From an uncultured Candidatus Rokubacteria bacterium (GTDB lineage: Bacteria > Methylomirabilota > Methylomirabilia > Rokubacteriales > CSP1-6), in assembly GCA_963754315.1 (NCBI GenBank), contig CAVWFS010000005.1:32001-96000 (forward strand): a stretch of DNA of 64,000 nt. Reading direction: 5' to 3'. Under the pieces are notes generated by a model. That model was not told the origin of the DNA, searched no databases, and worked only from the letters and a program-made list of their open reading frames with translations. This document shows, piece after piece, positions 44,007 through 55,012 of this stretch; position 1 is the first letter of the stretch, and each line of letters opens with the position of its first letter. A program made the position numbers and the translations under genes.

Positions 44007-45356
44007 CTAGGGTGATTCAATTCCGTATTCCTTCAGCTTTCGCCACAGGGTGGTGCGGCCGATGCCGAGGGCGTCGGCCGTGCGCGAGTGGTTCCAGCCG
44101 CAGCGCTCGAGCGTCAGGATGATGCAGGCCTTCTCGGTCTCGGCGAGGCTCAGCTGGCGCGGGAGGGGGGGCGGTCCACCGAGATCGAGGCACGCGGCGA
44201 TGTGCGGGGGCAGATCGTCGGGGTCGACCGTGTCGCGCGGGCTCAGGATTGCGGCGCGCTCCATGGCATTCACCAGCTCGCGAATGTTACCGGGCCAGGC
44301 GTAGGCGAGGAGACGGTCGAGGGCGGCGGGGCTCAGGCGAAGCGTCCGCTGCTGGCGGGCAGCAAACCGCGTGAGAAAGTGCTCGGCGAGCGCGGGGATG
44401 TCCTCGCGGCGGTCGCGCAGCGGCGGCAAGGTGATGGCGATCACGTTGAGTCGATAGAACAGATCCTCGCGGAAGCCCCCGCTGCGCATCATCTGCTCCA
44501 GGTCGCGGTTGGTGGCCGCCAGCACGCGGGCATCCACGGTGACCGACTGCGTCGACCCCACCGGACGGACCTCGCCATCCTGCAGGGTGCGCAGGAGCTT
44601 GACTTGCAGGGCCGGTGTCATCTCGCCGATCTCGTCCAGGAACAAGGTGCCGTGGTGGGCCTCCTCGAGGAGGCCCTTCTTGTTCGCGGAGGCGCCGGTG
44701 AAGGCGCCCTTCACGTGGCCGAAGATTTCCGACTCGAGCAGCGACTCCGGCAAGGCCCCGCAGTTGACCGCCACGAACGATCCCCGTGCCCGGGAACTGG
44801 CGTGATGGATCGCCTTGGCGATCAGCTCCTTGCCGGTGCCTGACTCGCCCTGGATGAGTACAGTGGCGTCGGTCGGCGCCACCCGGGCCACGAGGTCGAG
44901 GACACGCCGCATCTCGGGGGAGCACGCGATGATCCCGGGCAGCGCGTAGCGATCGCTGACCTGGGCGCGGAGGTTCTCGTTCTCGCGCCGGAGGGCCTTG
45001 TCGGCAAGCGCGCGGTCGATGCGCAGAAATAGCTCGTCCGGCTCGCGCCCCTTCTCGAAGTAGTCGAAGGCGCCGAGCTGCATGGCCTCCTTGGCCGACT
45101 CCCAGCTGGCGTAGGCCGTCAAGAGGATGACGTCGGCGTCGTGGCCGTGCGCCCTCACCGCCCGCAGCACGTCGAGACCGCTGCCATCGGGCATGCGCAA
45201 ATCGGTCACGACGGCATCGAAGCTGTCGTCGGTCAGGGCCTTGATGGCCGCCACGACGCCGTCCGCCTCCACGACCCGGTGCTGGCGCTTGCGCAGCAGA
45301 AGGGCCAAGGTGGAGCGCGCCGAGGCCTCGTCGTCGACGATGAGGATGGTCGCCAC
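44007..45356 (-). CDS. sigma54-dependent response regulator (NtrC/AtoC family)
   Basis: REC domain; GESGTGKE; GAFTGA; FLDEIGE; FREDLFYRLN; WPGNIREL; C-terminal HTH. Confidence 0.96.
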   Translation of the reverse strand: MATILIVDDEASARSTLALLLRKRQHRVVEADGVVAAIKALTDDSFDAVVTDLRMPDGSGLDVLRAVRAHGHDADVILLTAYASWESAKEAMQLGAFDYFEKGREPDELFLRIDRALADKALRRENENLRAQVSDRYALPGIIACSPEMRRVLDLVARVAPTDATVLIQGESGTGKELIAKAIHHASSRARGSFVAVNCGALPESLLESEIFGHVKGAFTGASANKKGLLEEAHHGTLFLDEIGEMTPALQVKLLRTLQDGEVRPVGSTQSVTVDARVLAATNRDLEQMMRSGGFREDLFYRLNVIAITLPPLRDRREDIPALAEHFLTRFAARQQRTLRLSPAALDRLLAYAWPGNIRELVNAMERAAILSPRDTVDPDDLPPHIAACLDLGGPPPLPRQLSLAETEKACIILTLERCGWNHSRTADALGIGRTTLWRKLKEYGIESP

Positions 45357-45360
45357 GCGG

Positions 45361-47019
45361 TCAGGCCGCCGCCAGCGGCAGGGCAATGGTGAATCGCGTG
45401 CCCTTCCCGGGTGTCGACTCCAGATCGATGTGGCCGCCGTGGGCGTCCACAATGCGCCGGGCGATCGTGAGCCCGAGGCCAGTGCCGCCCGGCTTCTTGG
45501 AGAAGAACGGTTCGAAGACCCGCCCCCGCTCTTCGAGCGAGATGCCGCGCCCGGTGTCGGCGACGGCGATCACCACCTCGCCGTTGCGCCGCCCGACGTC
45601 GAGCGACAGGCGCCCCTGGCCGCCCATGGCTTCGATCCCGTTGAGCGCCACGTTCAGCAATACCTGCGTGAGCTGGTCGGGGTCGAAGGCCACCAGCGGC
45701 AGCGCCGGGTCGATGCGCGTGACCAGCTCCACCAGCCGCGCCCGCGCCGGATCATCCCGGATGAGCGCGGTGACGTGTTCCACCACTTCCCGCAGATCGC
45801 CGGGCAGCAGCTTGGGCTCCCGCGGCCGGGCGAAGATGAGGAAATCGGAGAGGATCCTGTTGAGACGGCGGGCCTCCTTGCGCACGGCATCCAAGGTGCT
45901 TGCTCGCTCCTCGGCCGTGAGCTGCTCTCGAGCGTCCAGCAACGTGGTGGCGTTCACGATGGCGGCCAGCGGGTTCCGGATCTCGTGGGCGACCCCCGCC
46001 GCCAGCTCACCGGCCGCCGCCAGCCGCTCGGCTTCGCTCAGCCGCTCGCGGAGTCGCACCTGCTCGGTCACATCGGCGACCAGCTCGAGCAGGAACACCT
46101 GACCGTCAGGCTGACGGACGGGTGAGCAGCTCAGCTGAAAGCGCCGCCCACCGACGCCATCGATTTCCAGCCGCACCGGGTCCTCGATCTGGTCCCGAGT
46201 TTCGAGCGGACAGCCCCGGCAGGGACGGCCGTCGGCGGTGAGCACCTCGTAACACAGGCGGCCGGCCACTGGACCGAAGTGCTCGAGCATCCAGCGGTTG
46301 GCGTGGCGGATGGCGAAGTGACCATCGACCAGCTCCAACCCCTCGCCGAGACCGTCGACGAGCCGCTCGTTCAACTCCTTGAGCGAGCGCACCTCGCTGC
46401 GCGCCCGGTCGAGCACCATGATGATGATGGCAAAGGTGGCGGAGAAGTAGAGGCACACGAAGGTGGCGTGAATCACGAAGTGCGTGGTGTTGCCGGGCTC
46501 GGCATGCAGCCACAGCGACGTCGCGCGATGGATGGCCCACAACCAGAGCGAGATGGCCAGCAGGCGCGCACCCCGATAGCGAACTCCGGCGGCAGAGGGC
46601 GACCAGAAGGCGCACGCGGCCAGGGCCTGGGCTCCCCCAAGGAGCATCCCGACGACGTCGCCCAGCAAGGGGGAGGCCTGCGGCAAGTGATCGGACCAGA
46701 AGGCGCCCAGGGCCACCAGGCCGCCGACGATCGCATAGCGAGGCCCGATGGCGTAATCGTACCGATAGGCGAGCGCGGCGGCTCCGATGAAGAACTGGGC
46801 AAGCACGTAGTCGGCGGCCATCGCCCCGCTGAGATCGATCGTGCCCGGAAGGAGGGCCTCGAACAGCTTCGTTCCCTTCGAGAGGGTGAAGAAGCCCCAG
46901 GCCCAGACGAGGTAGTTGAAGAAGCGAACGCGGTGGGAGGGATAGAGGTACACGAAGATGAGGAACTGAATGCCGAAGGCGAGCGTCGAAATGAATGTCA
47001 GGAGGAGAGATACAGGCAT
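45361..47019 (-). CDS. membrane sensor histidine kinase (multi-TM, PAS-like, HisKA, HATPase)
   Basis: AHEIRNPL, QVLLN...N, DTGRG, FEPFF, GTGLGL. Confidence 0.95.
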   Translation of the reverse strand: MPVSLLLTFISTLAFGIQFLIFVYLYPSHRVRFFNYLVWAWGFFTLSKGTKLFEALLPGTIDLSGAMAADYVLAQFFIGAAALAYRYDYAIGPRYAIVGGLVALGAFWSDHLPQASPLLGDVVGMLLGGAQALAACAFWSPSAAGVRYRGARLLAISLWLWAIHRATSLWLHAEPGNTTHFVIHATFVCLYFSATFAIIIMVLDRARSEVRSLKELNERLVDGLGEGLELVDGHFAIRHANRWMLEHFGPVAGRLCYEVLTADGRPCRGCPLETRDQIEDPVRLEIDGVGGRRFQLSCSPVRQPDGQVFLLELVADVTEQVRLRERLSEAERLAAAGELAAGVAHEIRNPLAAIVNATTLLDAREQLTAEERASTLDAVRKEARRLNRILSDFLIFARPREPKLLPGDLREVVEHVTALIRDDPARARLVELVTRIDPALPLVAFDPDQLTQVLLNVALNGIEAMGGQGRLSLDVGRRNGEVVIAVADTGRGISLEERGRVFEPFFSKKPGGTGLGLTIARRIVDAHGGHIDLESTPGKGTRFTIALPLAAA

Positions 47020-47057
47020 TGCGATGCGACACCCCTCTCGTGTGAGTCTACTCGTCC

Positions 47058-47151
47058 ATCAAGGACCATGCCACAGCAGAGTCGAGAGGATCTCGAGCGA
47101 AACCGCGTGGCAGCGCTGTTTCTCCTCGGAACACTGTTTCAGTGTGAAACG
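47058..47151 (-). promoter_or_regulatory. sigma54-like promoter and tandem enhancer-type sites upstream of the kinase operon
   Basis: Minus strand TGGCATGGTCCTTGAT (47073-47058, GG-N10-GA); TGTTTC-N5-GGAACA (47117) and TGTTTC-N5-GAAACG (47135). Confidence 0.55.
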
Positions 47152-47192
47152 TGCACGTCGCGTGGGGAATCCTGAGGCAATTCGGCCTATCG

Positions 47193-48017
47193 TTACAACG
47201 CCCACACGAAGCAGGTATCGGCGGCGGCGATGATCCGTCGGATCTGCGCATGCCAGCCCTCGAATGCGGCCAGGGCGCGGGCGACGGTCGCGCGATCGGT
47301 CCAGTCCTCGCGGTTCCAGGTGTCGTGCTCCGTCCACCCCACGAAATTCAGCAGGCGCCCGCGCGAGACGAAGTAATGCACGAAGTGCCCGCCCGGCCCC
47401 AGCCACGACTGCGAGCCCATCTCCAGCCCGAGGTCGACGAGGCGTTCGGCCGGCACGAGGCCGCGGTAGGCGACGCAGCCGGCGAAGCGCGGCGCCTCCT
47501 CGCCGAGCAGCGCGGCGCGCACCGTCGAATGGATGCCGTCGGCGCCAACCAGAACGCCCGTGGTGGCGCGCACGCCGTTCTCGAACCAGGCCTCGACGCG
47601 GTCGCCCTTGTCGACGAGGCCAACGAGGCGGTGGCCGAAGTGGATGCGTTCTGCCGGAAGAGCCGAGGCGATAGTGGCGAGCAGGTCGGCGCGATGCACG
47701 GTCAGATGGGGCGCGCCGTAGAGCTCCTCGCACCGCGGGTTGAGCGGCGCCCGCTGGAGCGTGCGGCCGTCCTGCCACCGCCGCTGATGGGTACTGAGCG
47801 GCCGCACCGCCTCGCGGTCGAGAGACGTGCCGAGCCCGAGCCGATAGAGGATCCGCGCCGCGTTCGGCCCCATATTGATACCACCGCCGACCTCGGTCAG
47901 CTCCGGCGCCTGCTCGTAGACGTCGACGTCGAAGCCGGCCTGGCGCAGCGCCAGAGCCGCCGTGAGGCCGCCGATGCCGGCGCCGATGAGGGCGATCGTG
48001 AACGGTCCCCGGGTCAT
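47193..48017 (-). pseudogene. FAD-dependent monooxygenase (salicylate hydroxylase-like), C-terminally truncated
   Basis: IGAGIGGL, VHRADL, VGADGIHS.VR; stops at 274 aa (VWAL*) before the GDAAH motif, and no continuation follows. Confidence 0.8.
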
Positions 48018-48152
48018 CTCTCCGCCGCTCTCAGCGGCCATTCTTGACCGATTTTTGTTCTCTGCGCTAGGCTCGGCGCAGCGGTGCGCGGGGGCGGCGG
48101 CCCGCCCGCGCAACGTGCCTGGAACCGAAGCGAGCGGCCGCGCTCGGAGGGA

Positions 48153-50267
48153 ATGACGATGAGGCGGATCAGCGCAGCGCTGCTCGTCGCAGGCTTCCTC
48201 GTCGGATGCGCCGGAACCACGATGGCACCGAACGTCACCGGCGCGCGCATCGTGGCGGCGGACACGGAGCCGCAGAACTGGCTCGCGCATGGCCGGACGT
48301 ACTCCGAGCAGCGCTTCAGCCCGCTCGCCCGGATCACGACGGCCAATGTCGGCCAGCTCGGGCTGGCCTGGTCCCACGATATCAAAGCGCGCACGGCCCG
48401 CGGGGTGGAGGCCACGTCCATCGTCGTGGACGGTGTGGTGTATACGACCGGCGCCTGGAGCCACGTCCTGGCGCTCGAGGCGAAGACCGGCAAGCTCCTG
48501 TGGGAGTTCGACCCGCAGGTATCCGGCGCCTACGGCGCCAAGGGCTGCTGCGACATCGTCAACCGCGGCGTGGCGGTGTGGGCGGGGAAGGTGTACGTCG
48601 GCGCCTTCGACGGCCGGCTGATCGCCCTGGACGCGAAGACGGGCGCCAAGGTATGGGAGACGCTCACCGTCGATCAGACCAAGGACTACACCATCACCGG
48701 CGCGCCCCGCATCGTGAAGGGCAAGGTCCTCATCGGCAACGGCGGCGCCGATTTTGGCGTGCGCGGCTACGTGTCGGCCTACGACGCCGAGACCGGCACG
48801 ATGCTGTGGCGCTTCTATACCGTCCCCGGCAACCCGGCGGACGGCTTCGAGACGAAGACCGTCGAAATGATCGCGCGAACATGGGCCGGCCAGTGGTGGA
48901 CGCATGGTGGCGGAGGCACTGTGTGGGATTCCATGGCGTACGACCCGGCGCTCGATCTCGTGTACATCGGCGTGGGCAACGGCGGACCGTGGAACTACAA
49001 GATGCGCAGCGACGGGACGGGGGACAACCTCTTCCTCTCGTCGATCGTGGCGCTGCGCCCGGACACGGGCGAGTACGTCTGGCACTTTCAGACCACTCCC
49101 GGCGAGGACTGGGACTACACCGCAACCCAGCACATGATCCTGGCGGACCTCACGATCGACGGCCGACTGCGCCAGGTTCTGATGCAGGCGCCGAAGAACG
49201 GCTTCTTCTACGTCCTCGACCGCGCCACCGGCGAGTTCATCTCCGGCACGCCGTACGTGAACGTGACCTGGGCCAGCGGACTCGACCCCCGGACGGGCCG
49301 ACCCATCGAGAAGCCCGAAGCTCGCTACAGCACGACCGGCAAGCCGCTCCTGGTGCAGCCGGGCCCGATCGGTGGCCACAACTGGCAGCCGATGAGCTAT
49401 AGCCCGGTGACCGGGCTCGTCTACCTGCCGGCCACCGACGGCGGGTTCTTCTTCATGGCGGCCGATCCGGCCACGTTCCAGCGTCGCCCGGGTGTCTTCT
49501 GGAACGCGGGCCTCAACCCCGGTGCGTCCACCTTGCCCGACGACGAAGCCGTGCGAAAGGCGATCCGCGCGTCGGCGAAGGGACGATTGGTCGCATGGGA
49601 TCCCATTCAGCGAAAGGCCGCGTGGGAGGTCGTGTTCCCGATCGGATGGAACGGCGGTACGCTCGCGACGGCGGGCGGCCTCGTCTTTCAGGGCAATGGC
49701 CTCGGGAAGTTCGCGGCGTACGACGCGGCGAACGGCACACCCCTCTGGGAATTCTTCGCGCAGACGGGCATCGTGGCCGCACCGGTCACCTACGAGGTCG
49801 ACGGCGAGCAGTACGTCACCGTGCTCGCCGGCTGGGGCGGGGCGCTGCCCCTGTTCGCCGGGGAGGTCGTCACCCAGGCGCCGCGCGGCGGCGTCAATCG
49901 GGTATTGACCTTCAAGCTCGGCGCGCGGGCGTCGTTGCCGCCCTTGCCGACGGCGCGTCGGCCCTTCGACCCGCCCGCCCTGACGGCCTCGCCGCAGGCT
50001 GTCGATCAGGGCCGCGCGTTGTATGCGCTGTATTGCACCCAGTGCCACGGGCATTCGGTCGTGGCCGGCGGTGTCGTGCCGGATCTGCGATACTCCCCCA
50101 CCCTGGCCTCGCGCGACACATACGCCTCGATCGTGCTCGGTGGCGCCATGATCAAGAACGGGATGGTCTCGTTCGCACAGCACCTGAGCCCGGACGACGT
50201 CGAGGCCATTCGCGCCTACGTCATCCGCGAAGCGCAGCGGGAAAAGCAACGACTGGCGACACCGTAG
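48153..50267 (+). CDS. quinohemoprotein PQQ-dependent alcohol dehydrogenase (type II) with cytochrome c domain
   Basis: Lipoprotein-like signal; EQRFSPL; GCCDIVNRG; WDYTATQ; QAPKNGFFY; GGHNW; CTQCH heme motif. Confidence 0.95.
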   Translation: MTMRRISAALLVAGFLVGCAGTTMAPNVTGARIVAADTEPQNWLAHGRTYSEQRFSPLARITTANVGQLGLAWSHDIKARTARGVEATSIVVDGVVYTTGAWSHVLALEAKTGKLLWEFDPQVSGAYGAKGCCDIVNRGVAVWAGKVYVGAFDGRLIALDAKTGAKVWETLTVDQTKDYTITGAPRIVKGKVLIGNGGADFGVRGYVSAYDAETGTMLWRFYTVPGNPADGFETKTVEMIARTWAGQWWTHGGGGTVWDSMAYDPALDLVYIGVGNGGPWNYKMRSDGTGDNLFLSSIVALRPDTGEYVWHFQTTPGEDWDYTATQHMILADLTIDGRLRQVLMQAPKNGFFYVLDRATGEFISGTPYVNVTWASGLDPRTGRPIEKPEARYSTTGKPLLVQPGPIGGHNWQPMSYSPVTGLVYLPATDGGFFFMAADPATFQRRPGVFWNAGLNPGASTLPDDEAVRKAIRASAKGRLVAWDPIQRKAAWEVVFPIGWNGGTLATAGGLVFQGNGLGKFAAYDAANGTPLWEFFAQTGIVAAPVTYEVDGEQYVTVLAGWGGALPLFAGEVVTQAPRGGVNRVLTFKLGARASLPPLPTARRPFDPPALTASPQAVDQGRALYALYCTQCHGHSVVAGGVVPDLRYSPTLASRDTYASIVLGGAMIKNGMVSFAQHLSPDDVEAIRAYVIREAQREKQRLATP

Positions 50268-50541
50268 AGCCGCACCGCCCACGTTCTTGCCCGTTCAGGT
50301 TCAGTTCAGCCTTGCACTTCGGCCGCTCGGCCGCCCTTGGCGGGCTGCGGGTCGAAGTGGGCTTCCCCTGGGGAGCGTCCGAAGCCAGTCGCCCCTCTCG
50401 AGCGTCTGGCAAGAAAGCTGACAGCACGGACCAGATTTCCTAACAGCGCGGGTTGCTAGCGGCGCTCCTTAAAGCCTCCGTTGGGCCAACAAGGGATCCG
50501 CGCGCGGTGAGAGCGCGGGCCGGAGGTGCGGCACACAGGGA

Positions 50542-50685
50542 TCAATAGTGGAAACGCATCTCCACTATTGAGGTGTGGCGCGTGGCTCGCGTCGCCGAAA
50601 CTCGCCGCCCGCTGGGCCATTCTGCGTGATTTCTGCCGATGCCACTCGTACTTATTCGCGTCCCGCGCATGGCATCATTTTTGAT
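50542..50685 (+). promoter_or_regulatory. perfect 11-8-11 palindrome plus sigma54-like promoter upstream of the CARDB-repeat gene
   Basis: TCAATAGTGGA-aacgcatc-TCCACTATTGA (50542-50571); TGGCATCATTTTTGAT (50670-50685). Confidence 0.55.
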
Positions 50686-50729
50686 AACGTACCGCCCGGA
50701 TTTCACTACGGGCAACTTGGGGGGACCTG

Positions 50730-53700
50730 ATGCGCTTCAAGCAGCGAACCGCCCGTCGGGCGCGGCTGGGGAGGGCTGCAGCAGCTCTCCTTACGCTCCT
50801 ATCGCTTGTGTCAGCCATGCCGGCTTCAGCCGACCCGAACGCAACATCCTGCCAGGGATTCGGGGCGATCACGGCGGGCGGGCGGGGCGGCAGCGTCTAC
50901 CACGTCACGACCCTCGACGACTCGGGGCCGGGTAGCCTCCGCGACGCTCTCTCCCAAGGCAATCGCATCGTGGTCTTCGATGTCGCCGGTGACATCGTGC
51001 TCGAGCAGCGACATCCTCGTGGAGGCGGCCTCCATCACGGTCGACGGCGCCTCGGCCCCCGCCCCGGGCATCTCCATTCACAATTGGGGGGTGGTTCTGA
51101 GCGGCGCCCGCGACGTGATCTTGAAATCCGTCCGCATCCGGGGCGCAGCCGCGAGCGGCATCCACATCGCGTCGGACACGAGCAACATCGTCGTGGACCA
51201 TGTGTCGGTGAGCGGCAGTGCCATGCTGAACGTCGCCGTCGACAACGCCCGCGATATCACGATCTGCTGGAGCATCCTCGGATCGACGTCAGAGCCCGCC
51301 CATAACGCGATCATCGCGAACGGCGCCAGCAGGGTTTCGCTGCACAACAACGTCCTGATTGGCTCCGAGGCCGGCAATCCGACGGCGTTTGTCAACGAGG
51401 CAGGGACGTCCGCCGCCGCCACCACGCTCGACATGCGCAACAACATCGTGTGGGGGTCGGGCTTCGGCACCGTCGTCTACAACGGCGCCACCGCCAACAT
51501 CGTCGCCAACCTCTTCTCGTCTGATCCGGCAGGTCCCCAGACACGGCAGGCCAATGCCCTCACCGTCTGCAGCGGCAACTGTGAGGGGGCTCCGATCTCG
51601 AATGGCCGAGCCTACGTACTCGACAACGTCAGCGGAACCCCCCTCGCCACCGATCTGAACGCGCAAGGCACCGAGCCCGCGCCGTTTCCCGCGCCGCCGC
51701 TCGCCGGGGAAGTCTCTGCCTGCAGCCTTACGTCGGTCGTCCTTGCCGATGCCGGCGCCCGTCCCCTCGACGCGCGTGACACACAGGCGCTCGCGACGCT
51801 GGCCGCGCCAGCCGCCTGCCAGTGCGACCTGCGGGTGGACAGCCTCATCGTGCCAGCGTCGGCCGTGGTCGGGGTGCCGTTTAGCGTGACCGACACGACG
51901 GCGAACATCGGAACAGGCGGGGCCGACTCGACGGTGACGCAGTTCTACATCTCGACGCGCTCGACCTTGGATGAGACCGCGGTCGCGATCGGCAGCCGCA
52001 CGGTGCCACCCTTGGCCTCCGGCGAGACGAGCACTGGGGCCTCAACCGTGATTATCCCGAACGGGGTGGGCGCGTCCTGCAACTACTACATCCTCGCCAA
52101 GGCCAACGCCACGTCGGTGGGAGACGAGCCCATCACGACCAACAACGTGCGCGCCCAGGCGATCAAGGTGTGCCCAGACATCCTCGTCGAGACGCTCTCG
52201 GCGCCGGCGTCTGCGGCTCCTGGCTCGACGATCCCGATCGTCGACAGCGTGCGCAACCGTGGCCAGAGCGCGGCGGGTGCCTCGACCTTGAAGTTCTACG
52301 TCTCGACCTTGCCGACCGTCGATGCCAGCGCGATCCTGCTCGGCAGCCGCCCCGTGCCCGCGCTCGACGCGGGAACGACCGATGGCGCGACCACTCCCGT
52401 CCCGCTGCCAGCGACGGTGGGCACGGCCAGCAACTACTACGTCCTGGCTGTGCTCGACCCGGACGGCATCTTCGGGGAGTACGACGAGGGAAACAACGTT
52501 AAGTGGTTCAAGATCAAGATCGGCCCTGACCTGCACGTCAGCGCCCTCAGCACGACCGGCACCGCCGTGCCCGGCGGCTCCATCTCGGTGCAAGACACCA
52601 CGCGCAACCGCGGCGTCTCCGCATCCCCCACGTCGGTCACCAAGTTCTACCTCGGCACCACGACCACCTTCAACGCTTCCGCCATACTTCTCGGCAGCCG
52701 CGCCGGTGCCCGCCCTCGAGGCCGCCGCGACCAATCCCGCCACCACGTCGGTGAACATCCCCAGCAATGTCGGTTCGGCTGGGACCTACTACCTCTTTGG
52801 CGTCGCGGACGGCGACAATCACGGTCGCCGGAGCCCGACGAGATCAACAACACCACCACCTACGTCGTCGTCACGATGGGGCCCGACCTGCACGTCAGTC
52901 GCCCTCAGCGCGCCCGCCACCGCCGTGGCTGGCACCTCCATCACCGTCCTGGACACCACGCGTAACCGCGGCGTCTCCCCGCCCCCGGCGTCGGTCACCG
53001 CCTTCTATCTCTCCACCACAACCACCTTCAACGCTTCTGGGGCCATTCCCCTCGGCAGCCGCGCCGTGCCTGGCCTCGACGCCGGCGCTACCCATCCAGC
53101 CACAACGACGCTGAACATTCCGACCAATCACGCCAATCACAAGATCGGGGAGGCCGGCACCTACTACCTCTTCGCCATCGCCGACGTGATAGTGCGATCG
53201 TGGCGGAACCCGACGAGGCCAACAACAGCACCACCTACGCCGTCGTCAAGATCGGCCCCGACCTGCACATCAGCGCCCTCAGCACGACCGGCACCCCGGT
53301 GGCGGGCGGCAATATCTCGGTGCAAGACACCACGCGCAACCGCGGCGTCTCCGCAGCCCCCGCGTCGGTCACGACCTTCTATCTCTCGACGACCACCACC
53401 CTCGACGCTTCCGCCCAGCTCCTCGGTAACCGCACGGTGCCGGCGCTCGAGGCCGGCCTCACTAGCACGATGACAACAACCCTCAACATCCCAGCGACTG
53501 TCAGGCCCGCCAACTACCTCCTCGCCGTCGCCGACGGTGCGGACGACGGTGGCCGAGCCCCTCGAGAGCAACAATGTCGGGTACGCCGTCCTCAAGATCG
53601 GACCCGACCTGCACATCAGCGCCCTCAGCACCCACCGGTTCCCCGGTGGCGGGCGGCACCATCTCGGTGCACGACACCACGCGCAACCGCGGCGTTTCCG

Positions 53701-55012
53701 CATCCCCTGCGGTCGCGTCACCAAGTTCTTTCTCGCAACCACAACCACCTTCGACGCTTCCGCTCAGCCTCCTCGGTAGCCGCGACGTGCCCGCCCTCGA
53801 GGCCGGCCTCACCGAGCACGCTGACCACGACCCTGACCATCCCCGCGTCTGTCGGCTCCGCCGGCACCAATTACCTCTTCGCCGTCGCCGACGGTGACGA
53901 CACGGTGGTCGAGCCCCTCGAGAGCAACAATAGTCGGCGTACGCCGTCCTAAAGATCGGCCCCGATCTGCACATCAGCGCCCTCAGCGCGCCCGCCACCG
54001 CCGTGCCCGGCGGCTCCATCACCGTCCTGGACACGACACGCAACCGTGGCGTCTCCGCGGCCCCCGCGTCGGTGACCGCGTTCTATCTCTCGACCACAAC
54101 CACCTTAACCGCCGGAGCCGTGCGCATCGGTAGCCGCATCGTGCCCGAGCTTCCGGCTGGGCAAACCAACTCCGTCTCCACGACTCTCACACATCCCGGC
54201 GAACGTCGGCCCCGCCAGCTTCCTCCTCGCTGTCGCCGACGCGGACAATACAGTGGCCGAGCCCAACGAGCTCAATAACGTCGGCGCCGCCGACCTCACG
54301 ATTGGTCCTGACCTGCATGTCAGCGCCGTCATCGCACCCACCACCGCCGTGCCCGGCAGCTCGATCGCCGTCCAGGACACCACCCGCAATCGCGGCGTCG
54401 GCGCGGCCCCGCCGTCGGTGACCACGTTCTATCTCTCGACCACCGCCACCTTCAATCCCGCCAACCCGGGGTGCTCCTCGGTAGCCGCGACGTGCCCGCC
54501 CTCGCGGCCGGTGCTCAACGACGTCGCGACCACCTCCGTGACGATCCCCGCCTATATCGGGTCGGCCAGCACCTACTACCTCTTCGCCGTCGCCGACGGT
54601 AACAACGCGCTGGGCGAGACCGACGAGGCGCAACAACGCCCGTTACGACATCGTCAGGATCGGCCCGGACCTGTACATCAGCGTCCTGACCGGACCGAGT
54701 ACGGCCGCGCGGGGTGCCACCATTCTCGTCAACGACACCACCCGCAACCGCGGCGTGTCCGGCGCGCCGGCATCGACCACCCACTACTACCTGTCGACCA
54801 CGAAGACCTACAACGGCGAGCCTCCGCTGACGAGCCGCGCCATTCCCGCACTCGGAGCTGGCGAGCAGAGCGCCGCCTCGACGCAAGTCACCCTGCCGGC
54901 CGGGGTCGGCGGCGGGACGTTCTATCTGCTCGTCATCGCCGATGGGAACGAAGAGATCTCGGAGCCTCTCGAGACGAACAACCTCAAGTACCTGACGGTG
55001 GTGATTCCCTAG
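50730..55012 (+). CDS. large secreted protein: pectate lyase (PL1)-fold beta-helix + 9 CARDB/Ig-like repeats, frameshifted
   Basis: Signal peptide; [29 protein letters not shown]...VVFDVAG; repeats starting (G/C)PDL near 51825, 52170, 52522, 52879, 53254, 53600, 53958, 54304, 54662. Confidence 0.85.

Noticed and set aside
48153..50267. Lanthanide-dependent PQQ dehydrogenase
   Set aside because: The active-site motif is WDYT, without the extra Asp (DYD) of XoxF/ExaF/PedH.
47193..50282. 1029-aa minus-strand ORF
   Set aside because: It is the antisense shadow of the PQQ dehydrogenase run into the real monooxygenase start at 48017.
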